A DNA stretch of 64,000 bases from assembly GCA_010909165.1 (NCBI GenBank), contig MU008180.1, positions 1,028,076-1,092,075 on the forward strand, in the 5' to 3' direction. Below are positions 46,280 through 58,749 of this stretch, one piece after another (positions within the stretch are counted from its first letter, which is position 1; each line of letters starts with the position of its first letter). This stretch comes from Anthoceros angustus (lineage: Eukaryota > Plantae > Anthocerotophyta). A program made the position numbers and the translations under genes. A model generated the notes under the pieces. That model was not told where the DNA came from. It did no database searches and saw only the letters and a program-made list of their open reading frames with translations.

Positions 46280-49200
46280 TGTGATGGTACCATGGGCGAG
46301 GCGGAGTCGCTGTCTTGGAGATCTTTGTCAGGTTATGCCATGTGGTGTCGTGCGGCCTTTGGATCTAGTGATGTGCCATGTGAAGATCTACGATCAGGTA
46401 ACTAAGGTTTGTGGTAAGACTACGTTCTTTATAGAGGCCGATGGGGTGGCGACAAATATTCCGTGTCGTTGTAGTAAGTCAGTTCAGAGAATGAAAGCTC
46501 CGTTTGCGCGTTTGACCGATTCTCACCTTGCTTTGCGTCGCTCAACTTTAACACGCAATGGTGATCGTTTTCGTCTAACTACTCATAACGTTCACCGAGC
46601 AGGCCCGGTGTGAAGCGTTTGAGACCCGTTTGCGTCGTGTCGTTCCGCGTCACTCGTTCCTTTAGTCCGTTCCTCTCATCACTCTCCTCGCTCATCAACC
46701 TTGGAAAAGAGCATGAAGTAGCTACACAGTCCGGACCTCCTCCGTTGCTCAACGGGCCTCTCGTCCAGCTCACCCCTCGCCCTCGGAGTTCCTCCGGCTC
46801 ACTGCGTTCGGTCCCGATTTGGGCTGCTGCGGAACCACGGGTCCCCGGTCGCTCTTCCACACACACCACCACACGTTAGGGTCGTCACGGGACCTTGATC
46901 GATCTCTCGGGTATGTGTCCTTTCGATGACTCGGGACTCACGTTAGAAGACACACAAAGGTGCAGAAGCAGCGGCATCAACACCAGAGAAGATGATTTAT
47001 TGAGCGACCTCGGCCCTCTTATACTACGCCCAAGTCGGCGTCTTTATTACACCTATTACGGTGGTGGCCATTTCGATGCATCGGCCGCTACCATCCTATT
47101 CCTCCCCTCCTATCTCCTTTCGGTGGGCAGGAAGGTCACAGGTTCCGTCTCGGGATTGGTGGTCCAATCTCCCGATTCTGCAGGCGCGCAATCGGATGAT
47201 CGCGGCGGGCCTTCCTCTTCCGGAATCACATCGGGTTGGGCTCTGCGGCGGTCGGCCGCCGTTACCTGCGTCGTCCCCCAGCCCCGTGGGTCCCCGTAGA
47301 CCCGCTGCTCCCCAGTAAGTCGGAGGGACTCCTCCTTGCTTCTGAGTCGGGACCTCGAGGTCCGGTCTCGACTCCGGTCGAACTTGAGTCTGCCTTATTC
47401 CTGAGTCCGGTCTGCTGGGTCGGTCTCATCTGGGGTTCGGACCTCGGTCGAACAATAGTCCGGTCCCCAAGCTCCGGGACCCCTTATCTGGACCTCTTGC
47501 TAGGTCCTCATCCCTTCCAGAGCCCTTGTCTTGGGTGGGTTGGCTTCCTCCTTCCTTCGGGGCCGCCTCTATCCTCCGGCGGGTTGCGGTGGACTTACCA
47601 CAGGTCGTTGTATTGGCGCGTCTGCTCCTCCACGAGGCTCTTCTCCCACGTCGTCGTCTCCAAGCGGGGCCACTAGGGTCCCGTCTTTGTCCCCATGCCC
47701 TTCATCCCCTTAGGCCTTGGGGGTCCATGTGTGGTGAGAGGCTTCAATGCCTTAAGGAGCTCGGCGTGGTAGTAGGCAAAATCCGAGTCAATTTCTTTGG
47801 ATTGCCTCTTCCACATGTGCCGGAGCACCGATACTCCTTCGCCATTGGTGCTCGGGGTGGCGTCTTGTCCTTCTTTGGACCATCCCCTGCCGGGTTCGTT
47901 TGGGCGGGCGAATCTCGTGAGGCCTCGGCCTCGGTCACCTCACTGCTGCTTGTTGCTCACTTTGCTCCGGCTCCGTCGTTTCAGCTCTGCTTACACACGC
48001 CGCCGCTTGCTCCTTCCTTTGGCGGACCCGGTCTTTTACGCGTCCGGTGCTCTCGCTCCGTTTATTAGCTCATCTCCTCTCCGGTGCAACTCTGCCCGGT
48101 GCGTGCTTCGCCAGTCCTTCTCCATTTCGGCGTCTGCTCCTGTTCCATGGCCGCTTCCCGTCCCAATGGGCCGCTCTATTTCTCGTTCGTGATCGTGATC
48201 ACGCCTGCAGATACCATTCCTCTCAATGGTAACTTGGGGCTGCGGCTCGAGTCTCTTCGGTCTTCCATCTCCTGCCATTGCTCCACCTCCACCGCGGGCA
48301 GGAGATCCTCCATCTCCGCGCTTCCTTCTCCTCGGCATGGTGGCGCACTGCCCGCCGCCTCCTTCTTGAGTTAGCCGGCTATCCACCCGTCTCCCTCCAC
48401 GGTTCCGATCACGCGATAGTGATCGCGGTCGGTCTTAGCGGCTTAGCCTCCTCGCCTTCACAGCTTGGCCCCTCGGTAAGACGCCTCAGTCACGAGCCTT
48501 CCGCTTGCCTCCCTCCTGCCTCCTGTGCGCTACCCCTCTCCGCTGCGAGGTCTTGACGCGCTTGGGCCTCATGCACCTTGCTCACCCGGTGAAGGAATTT
48601 AGTCGATCTGTCGAATGGACGGACTTCCCTTCGGCCTCCGGCGTTTCCCTTCGATGCGTGAGGCTTACTTCCTCCTTGCCTCTGGGCGCCTCCAAGCTGC
48701 TCACTGGAGGAGCACCATCGCCTCTGGTGGCTTCTACTTCACAGGTCTTCTCGGTCATCATGAGACCCCAGCTCTGGCGTAGCAGTGGCAGGACCGTGTC
48801 TCTTCCACGGCCGCCAGTGAGACCCCAAAAGTCCGTAGTGGGAGGCGGGCATCTCGCGGTCGCCAAGGACCTCCAGCGATCCGGAGTAAGTCGGTGGGTT
48901 CTCGGACCTAATCAGGCCCCTTAGGTCACGATTGCAGTCGGAGCTTCACCTCCTTAGCCCTCTTGGCCAATTCCTTATTCGCCCTCTTGTCACAGGGCTC
49001 GGAGGGTGAGGGGTTCGAGGCGGCCCCTTGCCTCTCCGGTCGGCGGCAGGGAGGCTCAGTGGGGTTCTTGCCCGGTGACCCCTGCTCCTTGGCGTCCCTT
49101 TACGCTCTTCTCACGCCTCTTGACCTCTTGCCACTCCGTGGGCGGGCAAACCTGAGCACCCGAGTCTTTGCGTTAGCGGATGGCACCGTCTTCCGCCTCT

Positions 49201-52040
49201 TGATTGCCGGAGTTCGTGGGGCTCCTCTCTTGCCGTTGTGGTGGTGGGTGAAATTTGTTGTCGGGCCGTCTCTGCCTTTGCTCCCGTGAGGCACCAAGAG
49301 GAGGAGCGGGGATATCTTCCACACTTCCCTAGGTGGTGAGGGTCGTTCGGAGTATGGAGTCATTATCCCTTCGATCGTCCTCCTCCGGACCCGTTTGGCC
49401 CTAGGGGTCGGGCCTCTACCTCGAGCGCCTTGCAGCTCTTGGTAGGGGCCAGCCCCTTTCCGGGCGCCGCTCTACCTCCCCCATCCTTGAGGAGCTCGTA
49501 ATGTCCCCATACATGGATCGGGTATGGGGATAGTCGGGAGTGGCTTCTCGCTCCTCGGACTTGCGGGCCTCTGGTGGCGAAGATGATCCTTCCCAGTCAG
49601 CCCTCTTGCCCCTGCGCATGCGGGAACACCGCAAATTATCACCAAGGTGATCCACCTTGGTGAGCAAGTTCGATGGACAATGATCAGACTCACGCTCCTC
49701 ATCGGCGGTGGGGTCAACCCGGCGTTGGTTGTCCATGCGTTCGACTTGACGCCGCCCTTGCGCCTCTATCTTTCCCTCGCCTTGAGGGGCTGCGGGACTC
49801 GCCCCCATCCTCCGTTGGGCGGTTGTAGCCGCCTCGGACCTCAAGGTCCATCTAGGATCCTCCGGAGGTTCTTGGACCGAACCTCCTTGTTGGCCGCCAA
49901 CATCTTGACGAACTCCGGACAGTGACCTTGTCAAAGCGTCCGACGGCTGGAACACGTCTAAGTGCCACTCTTGACTAATCCTCCGCCTTCCTCGGCCATG
50001 GCCCAAAGTCCGGATAGCGCCCGGGTCACAATGTTGCGCTCTACCGGGTTCCATGGCTCCCGGACCTCCGCACCTTTTGGGTGCCATCGCCTTCTTCTCC
50101 TTTCTTGCTTTTGGGAGACCGGCCGCACGATCGCCTCTTGGCGTTGTTGCTCCAACCTAGCGGTGAGCGGCAGATGCTGGCGTTCAAAGAGATAGCGCGG
50201 GCGGGTTGCGGGCGCAGAGGCTGCGGTGTCTCGAGGTCGCCGCATGACCTCCTCGTCGGCGCGGGTGGAAATGCAAGGCGGAGGTGCCTCTTCCACTGTC
50301 CGTAGCGCGGTGCATGGCTTACTCGACCTTCGCGCGCGCTGCTACGGCCTTACCTGGCGTGCCTGCAGCGCCGCCGCGCGTCGGGCGTGAATACCTGCGG
50401 CCCCTGGCAAATCGGTCACTGCTGCATGCCGACCTCCACTCGGGGCCGTCACGTGGCGCGCTTAGTCGTCCTCACGACTCAACTTCCAAATTACTTTTGG
50501 CGTACTTATCTGTTTTGACCGGGTGGGGTCCGGACTTATCCGTTACCGGTGCGTGAGTCGGAGCTCGTCGTAGTGCGGGGTTACACTCCGGTCCGGGTAT
50601 ACTCGAGCCGATCAGGAGCACCATCCGTGCTTATTCCTCCTTTCGCCTTATTTTACTATTGACCTACGAAAAAAACAAAACCACTTATTTCCTAACCCCC
50701 AAGGGAAGTCCATAGCCCACTCCCCTTCTCATACATTGGCGTCTCGCCAACACTAGGCATATACTTTTTCACCGCCCCGTTCACACGAGTGAGCAGCGAT
50801 TCACCATCCAGCAGAGTTGAGCGGACCCATTGGCGTATACATGCACTGGTAAGGTCCCATCCAAGTGGAGTTTACAGGAAAGTGCATGTGGCGGTTGTCA
50901 TAAAGAAGGGCCAAATCTCCTTCCTTCACATCTTGAGTCAGGAGCCTTACACGTGTCATGCTTGGGCGATTACATGCCGATTGCATTCTCTTTGCGCCTC
51001 TTCGACCCTCATGTCTTGAACAAAACCCTAGCAAGCGCTCGATTGGCTTTCCTCATCCGTTAAGCGTCTCTCCATCATGACTCGGAGTGTTGGCACCTCA
51101 AACTCTACCGGCATAACGGGCGAGTGCCCATAGGCTAGGTAATACGGAGTTCTGTGTAGTTACCTTCTCTGCCGTCCTGAAGGCCCATAGTGCTGATGGT
51201 AGCTTTGTATCCCAGTCGTGCGCATAGTTGACCGTAAGCTTATTCAGGATGCGGCAGATAAGCCCGTTGGTCTTCTCCGTCAATCCGTTGGCCTTCGGGT
51301 TGTAGGGGGCCGTTTTGCGATGTGTGATGCCAAAATAGTCCGTCATTGCAGCTATCACATCATTGAGGAAATGAGTTCCCCTATCATAAACACCGGTACA
51401 GCGGACACCTACTGCCTTGTGATGATGTTTTCGTAGAGGAATTTGCCACCGTGCTTGCGAGTCGTCCCAGTTGCTTCCACAGTGCGATGGTGCCACCAAG
51501 ATGTACCGCTTTTGTGTGTGCCTTGTGTAAGGTATATGGCGGCAAGTCGATGCCCCACTTCTCAAAGGCGCTGGTGCGGTGTGGGCACCTGTGAGCCATT
51601 GTGTTGTGGGAGTCGGCTTCCCGATCGGCCCGACAAGCATCACATTTCTTCACAAATTGGTGCGTTTCCCCATACATGGTGGGCCCGATGCCACCTCAAG
51701 ATTTTCTTGGTGGTGACTGCTGTTATAATGTCCACCACCAATCCTTCGTGCATCCCTTTATTACCACCTCCGTCTCACTTTGTTGGAGGTACCTCGTTCC
51801 ACGCCGTCAGGCCCATCTTAAAGATGCGGTTATACAACCTAAAAGGACGTGTGCACAAAAGGCACATCCGGACCCGGTTCAATCCGTTTTAGTTCCATTT
51901 CCCATAGGTACGCTCCAATTCCGCATGGGTGGAGCGCCCTCTGCGTCACTCCTTCTTTGTGGGTTATTTCCCAAGCTTAGGGTTTGTCATGCACTCCTCT
52001 GCTTCTTCCTCTATCGCGCCACGGTTCTTACGTCAGGAAG
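46280..52040 (-). mobile_element. Ty3/Gypsy 3' half: integrase plus a long GC-rich 3' region with a degenerate accessory ORF
   Basis: FVKKCDAC, FEKWGID, DRGTHFLN, TAPYNPKANGLTEKTNG, WDTKLPSALWAFRTA and EGDLALLYD..GPY (51680-50800). About 4 kb of downstream non-pol sequence follows; the left boundary is approximate. Confidence 0.8.
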
Positions 52041-52049
52041 GCGTCCTCC

Positions 52050-53780
52050 GATCTTGCAGGGGCTCCGTTTTAACACAGACGAAGTTGCGTTTTGGTGTTG
52101 CCGCCCTTGCAGTCTACCTCAGGTGAACTCACATGTAGAATCCACCTGCAGACTTGAGACGGATGCCTTGTTCACCAAATGGCTGGCAGTGATCGACATA
52201 AAACACAAACTCATTGGGCATAAGGTAATGCTGAATTTTCTTCGTAGACCATGCCATGATGCAGTTGGCATGCTCTAGCATGTACGGAAGGCACTGTGTC
52301 CTATGTGGGGTGAATAAGCTTAAGTTACATCTGGAGACTTCTATAAATGTTGACCTAATGCTCTTCTAAAATGGAGATGCTTCCAATACCAAGTTGTGGG
52401 CAAGGATGTGGATGGGCGGGATAAGAAAGCGGATCAAACTTGTCTTCATGGAGACACATCCAGATTTGTTGAGTTCTTCAAGGGCAAGTTGAAGGATTTC
52501 ATTCTCCATGACTTTGTTCAACGTGATGGCGGTTGGAGTTGGCATTGCCTAGAGTGGTTTCCATCGATGTGGTTGTCTCGGTTATGGATTTTCTCAATTA
52601 CGCATTTGGAGTCCAAGATGAAATCCTCCATGCATTGGCGAGAATGACCGTTTCCATCCTCGTTACGGTTTTCTCTGGGCAATGGCCCCTAGATCGACAA
52701 CCTGCTGCAAACATTGAAATACTACCACTTCTACATCAGTGACGACCTTGTGCATGACACGCTCTTTGTTCAACACTGTTTGATGAAGCACTGGCACTGG
52801 ATGTTGGATTCAGGGTTCCCAAGACCTCGGGAGCATTGGTGCTGGTCAGATGGAGCAGCAAGTCAATTCAAGGCATGTCGACCTTCATACTTCATCTCCG
52901 GTACCCTAGCTTGACAGTCGCAACATCGTGGTCATACTTTGGGAGTGGCCATGGCAAGGGAGCATGATGATGGGTGCTATTTTGAAGAGAGCCCTTAGAG
53001 TGCAGAGTCCTCTCCCACGGCGGGGAGGTTGCAAAATCGGTGATGTTGTCCAAGATGCAAGAACACATTTCTGCTGCGGCAAGCTCTTATGCATCCGGGC
53101 AGCATGGAGTGCATAGAAGTTTCGGCTTATTGGCAAGGATGAGGTGAATCGGAGGGTGAAATATGCTTGTGACCCATACCGGGTCCAAGAAGATGCATAG
53201 CTTGTATGGGGCTAGTGTGGCGGATCCGAACAAAATCGCGCCTGTCTTGTTTTTGTGCAGTGTATGGAAAGCAACCATGATGCTTGCAGAGAGTTCCATG
53301 GCTTTTGGAATTTAGTTAAGATTAGACCACATCGATGGTCCGCTCCTCGGATTACCCGGCACAGCAATTCCTTTACTTCCCGGACTCTCCTTGCTGCGCT
53401 CCCGATGATAAGCATGGATCTCTCAGATTTGGCAGACCTCTTGGAAGTCGGTGACAACTTCATGGTTTTTGCCAATAAAGAAGATGAGGGCCAAGAATTC
53501 TACCTTCTGCGGTGAGGTGAAGCACGCTTAGCACAAGCCGATCACGCCCTTGGGCGGTCACACATCAAGGTGGTGGCTGGTGGTTGGTCGATGTTACATG
53601 TTGCGGAAGAATATTCACAGGTATGTCTATGCCTCTAGAGAGCAGGCGGTGTTCAACGGTGAGTTAGTCAAACTATGCAAGTTTGACATGGTCCACCATG
53701 AGCAGGATGGTGACGAGTTGTTATCGTCCTATCATCGGATGCTCGACAAGTAGTGGACTCCCTTGTGGAGGAAATCGTGA
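52050..53780 (+). mobile_element. Degenerate DDE DNA-transposon transposase, Sola2-like
   Basis: Cys-rich segment (~52290-52310), VVSVMDF..NYAF.VQDEI, HFYISDDLVHDTLFVQHC, WCWSDGAASQFK and WSYFGSGHGKG.HD. The SDGxxxQ(F/Y)K and HGKGxxD motifs are, from recall, typical of Sola2-type transposases. Confidence 0.65.
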
Positions 53781-54292
53781 TGATCTTTGTTAGGGATCCT
53801 TAGGTTGTTTTGATGTGGAGTGGTAAGTAAAAATTGTTTTGGTGTGGAGTGTGCAATCTTGATGTTGAATGACGGGCGGAGATTGTTGGCATGTCATTCC
53901 GCTTATCGTTGTTTCCTTGATCCATGAAGATAGCTTGTTTGTATCAATGATGATCCAATAATGCATGGTGCGATGTATAAATTGGAATCTTGGTGCATTA
54001 AGGTCATTTTCATCAGTGAGAGAGATATTGACTTTATAGAAGCGGTAAGTTGTGTCCTTGAACCATGTAGATAATTTCCAACAATGAAATGCATCAGCGG
54101 TATGTGCTGGTTTTTGCTCTTCATGTAGGTGCACCGCCATTTAGGCTGAGGGGCAAAAGTAGGAGATCGTGAAACATCATCTTGAATTCAACTTCCTTGA
54201 CCATACACGTGTGGTGGGGATGGAGGCATGTCGGTGCAAGGGTTGAACAAGCGATCTGAGACAAGTATGGGCGTGGCTTTATATATAGCGAG

Positions 54293-54577
54293 TTGGTATG
54301 TTCCCTTCAAGTTGGTTACATGTGCACTTATGATTGTTCACTTTTCTTGCCATGTGATCCTCGCATGTTCCGTGGTTACATGGGCACTTGTGCATGGCTC
54401 ACTCTTCTTGCCTTGTGGTCTTGGCATGTTCCCGTGGTTACATGGGCACTTGTATATGGCTCACTCTTGTTGCCTTGTGGTCCTGGCATGTTCCCATGGT
54501 TACATGGGCACTTGCATAGTGGTTCACTTTCCTGCCATGTGGTCGTGATATGTTCCCGTGGTTATATGGCACTTATA
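54293..54577. repeat. ~62-bp tandem repeat, about 4.5 copies
   Basis: Core GCATGTTCCCGTGGTTACATGGGCACTTG recurs at ~61-63 bp spacing. Confidence 0.85.
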
Positions 54578-57500
54578 CAGTCCCTACTAGAAATGGGCAC
54601 CCTATGTTACAGTCGATGTTACAATTTTTTGTTACACTTCCACATTGCAACATGTTTTGGAGGCTTGGTATTAAGTTTGTTAGTTCCTCCCTCGCTTGGT
54701 GCAAACCATCTTAACACGAACTCACTCTCTTCCCACCTCACCCTTATGGATACACCCTCTCACAAGCATTGTTAATAATTTCCCACCGCCTTGTTATACG
54801 TGTTGCAATTTTATGTAACACTTCCAACTTGCAACATTTGATGGCTTGGTGTTAAGTTGGTCCATTTTTCTCTTCCTTCTCCCACCATCCTAACACAATG
54901 CTTGGTCTCTCACTTCATGTACCACTTCAAAATTGCAACACTTTTGGTGGCTTGGTGTTCAGGGTGTCAATTTCTTATCCACCTTCTCACCCCATCTTAA
55001 CACAATGCTTGGTCTCTCTCCTCTCACCTCACCCTGCTAGTTATTGCTCCCCTTATCACACCCTTTTTATACTCTTTTACTTCTTCTCCTCCATCATGAC
55101 TGTGAGAAGGAGCTCCCCTATCACAACCATTTTATACTCTTCCCCTCTTCCTCTTGTAATATGATTGTAACAAGGACCTCTCTCTCCTCCGGGGGTATCC
55201 TTCTCTTCCTATTTTACCTCCTTTGCATATCCTTTGTATATGTAAGTATGTGTACATATATATGTACACATCCTTCTGTTATACTTATAGTATATTAGTG
55301 GACTTATATTATATTAGTGTACTTATATTATATTAGTGTACTTATATGTATCCTTTGTATACGTATATGTGTATATAGGCTTCAAGACTTGTTTATGTAC
55401 TAATATGTATGTACTAACCCTCACTCATACCTTGCATATATATATATGTTTGATTTTATTGACAAATTAATTGGAATTTTGGACACTTCAAGCGTCCTCT
55501 ATCCCTTTCGACTTTGTTGCCACCGATGCCATTGGCTTTAACTACGAACATGTCGTCTTTCAAGTGATATGAACATGCGTCTTGCATGCAATACAAACAT
55601 GTGCCTCTAAACTAAGCGTCACTTGGTGACTCTTGAGACCAACACCATTGTTTTGAGGTTCCTCCACAACTTCCTAGACCTATCCGGTGACCTCAATTAC
55701 CACTTTAACGGAGGACCCCAGTAAATGCTAGGCTACAAAGGTGGGAAGACCAATTTCCTCTTGTTGCGATTGACCATCACGGTCCACCCATGCCTGGCGA
55801 CTCCAGCGTCGGCGACTGACTCACGCTTTTGAACGGTCGTGTGATCGTCGGTGGCAATGCCATCACACATCAGTTCCCCACCATCTCGTTGCCTCGGCAT
55901 CACTTGATGAGCGCTCCCTGTTGCCACCTTTCCTCCATCTTCCTTCTCTCCATGTATTTGCCTTCCTCCCGACATGGCCTTCACCTTCCACCAGCTTTCC
56001 CTTCCTTCTACAATCATGCACACATCACTTAGAGCTCACGTCCACCATATCACCACGTCGCACCAACCTTTGCACAACCAAGCATTCCATTAACCTCAAC
56101 GACCACTATACCACTCGATTACTCGGCATGCTCTCAATCCATGCCTTCGCCCACTAACTCATCATGTTGCTCCCTCCACCATTGCGAATCCTTCACTCCT
56201 TTGCTCCACGACCAAAGTTGGTCCCATGCTCGTGCTTTCTTGCCCTCATCATTGCCACACACCACCAACTCAATGTCACCACTTGCTCCTGGCACCTCTA
56301 TGCCTTCTTGCTTCAACCAACTTTCCTCAACCTCTCCTTCCTCACTCTTCCTCCTCCTCATTCTCCACCCAACCTCCATCGCATAACGCTCACAACCATG
56401 TACACTTCACCACGGCACATGGCGTCGCGTCTAGTGGCTTACTAATGCTCCATCAATTCTCCAATTTGTAGTGGCAATGTAGTCGGTATCCGTCTCCACC
56501 TCATCATCCGCCATCTCCACATCCGCCTCTCGCCGCGCTTCCCCATCATATTGCTGGTGTCCTTCTCCTCACCGTCCTCCCGACCATCATATGCACGCGT
56601 TCCTTGGCCCCCTCCGCAACCGCCTCCTCCAGACCAATCTCACTCCCGGGGCAGTTCCCCTCCACAGGCATCCTCCTCCCACGTTGTTGAGTTTGTCCAT
56701 CCACGAGCAGAAGGTCCACAAGACCAATGGCCTCTCTCACCCACAGTGGGCTCTTGGCAGCACCACCACATCCTCTTCTCGACTCACGCCAATTCCTCCT
56801 CCTCCTCGGATGTCACGGCCCGCGATTCCTCCTCCGAAAGTTTTGGATTCTCTCCTGCGGAAGCGACTCAAGTTAGCTCCCACCTATTAGAGACACCCAC
56901 TCCCTTTGGCCGCTTTCTCGGCATCATCCTCCTCTTGGCAGCATACTCCTTGCTGGGAAGTTGCTCCCTCCACACACCTCTCGCCGCCTCCGCCCACGCG
57001 ATGATCATCCACCCTCTCCACTTGAATCCGGTGAAGTAGATTCTCCATTCTCCTGAGCGCCCACCTCACTTGGCGCTAGGACCATCCTTCGTGACCCAGG
57101 ACTGTTTCCATCCGCGTTAATGACCCGCGGATGTGGCATGCCATGCCGGCATCCTTGCGCCATGATCCAAGGTGTTTCATGTTATGCCCCCCACCACCTG
57201 TCCACGTTTGCCGATCTGCAGCCATGCCCTATATAGTCACCATTGTAGGACTAATGCATGCCATTTTGCTCCTGCCTTGCCATGCCACCTTCCCGCTCGC
57301 CGTGTTTGTGCAGCGACACGAAACCTTCCTTGTCCACATTCCTTGTCCATGTACATTCCCCATGCATGACCATTTCGCCATCGGAATGACCAAGGACAAT
57401 GGTTCCTTCTCTCAAATAAAATTCTCCCTCCACCATGGTCCAAGGAAGGTGGGTGCAAGCCATTAGAATAATTGAAAACTCATGGCATGGAAGAAAACAT

Positions 57501-58749
57501 GCCATGTCAAGGTCGTTTGAACGACAGACGCATTGCTCCACTGCTTCTTTTATTCTATATCAACATCTACACCATTGTGCAAGGACGGGTGGCACGTGAG
57601 AGCCATTCAAGCAAACTAAATGCCCCTTTCATTATGCCATGAATGAAGGACCGTCAGATGTGAATTTGCCATATATATGCCAATTCCGCTCTCCTAGATA
57701 ATGATGTCCATCGCTCGAGACTCCCATTCCGCTTCCACCAATCATGCCACATGGCGTAACGTATAATGTATTCACGCCCGGCACCATGCTAGGGTGACGG
57801 CCTGACTCACATGGCGCCGCCGCAAAGGATTTCCAGCCCTTAGGAGACATGAAAACAAATCATTCTACACTCTAGATTGCACAAAGAATCATCGTATTGT
57901 TTCAATCTATTAGAGTCGCCATGTTTGGTTTGTCACATGTAAGGAATAGCTTGAAATTCAAGATCCTCTCATCCGCAACCCGATGTGGCTCGGGCACAAG
58001 TGGTCAGAAGGTGGTGGTCCGCTTTAAATGTCACCACCTTGCCCCTCGCTCACCACGCTACTACCTTTCTCTGGTCATCCTCGAAGCGGCCCTGCCTTCA
58101 CCGAACATGCCCGCGCCTCCTTGCTACCTTATGCCATGTAATGGACATGTTGACGTATGCCGAGCTAGCTCGGAAACCTAAATGGGCGTGGAGTGGTAGT
58201 TCGCACCACGAGGCGGTGTTCATGTCTCCATCTTCGTGCACAACTAGAAACATCTGATGGCCATCAAGGATCCTTTGCAAAGGTTGGAGGTGTCACCGCC
58301 TCATGGCGTGGAGCAGCGCTCATCGTGGCTATCCTCGTGGGGACTTGCCGTTCAGTGGTGAGGTGGTTCCTTCCACATGGTGCGGGCATGGTGTTCTGGT
58401 GACCACACACGCTATGGCTGGGGGGTTTGGCTGTGAGGCGCCGGATGTGAACACTTTTTTTTATGCCCCAATTCCTTGCATACCTGACAAAAGGGTACAT
58501 AACTCACTTGCTTTCGAGGCTCTGGGCAATCATTTGAGTAATGTCCTGGAGCTCCGCAATTATAACAACATCCATGTGGAATTGCCATCGGCCTTTGTGA
58601 TGAATCCGGCCTCCGTAAAGTCGCGGCCTCGTCTGGGGCCTCGACGCGCTAGCTTGATTTTTCGGGAGGGTACATTTCAAGATGGGGATCCTGTGTTCGG
58701 GCGTGGCGCATGAGGGCCCCGGGGACCTGTGGATCGTTCACGGAGCCTC

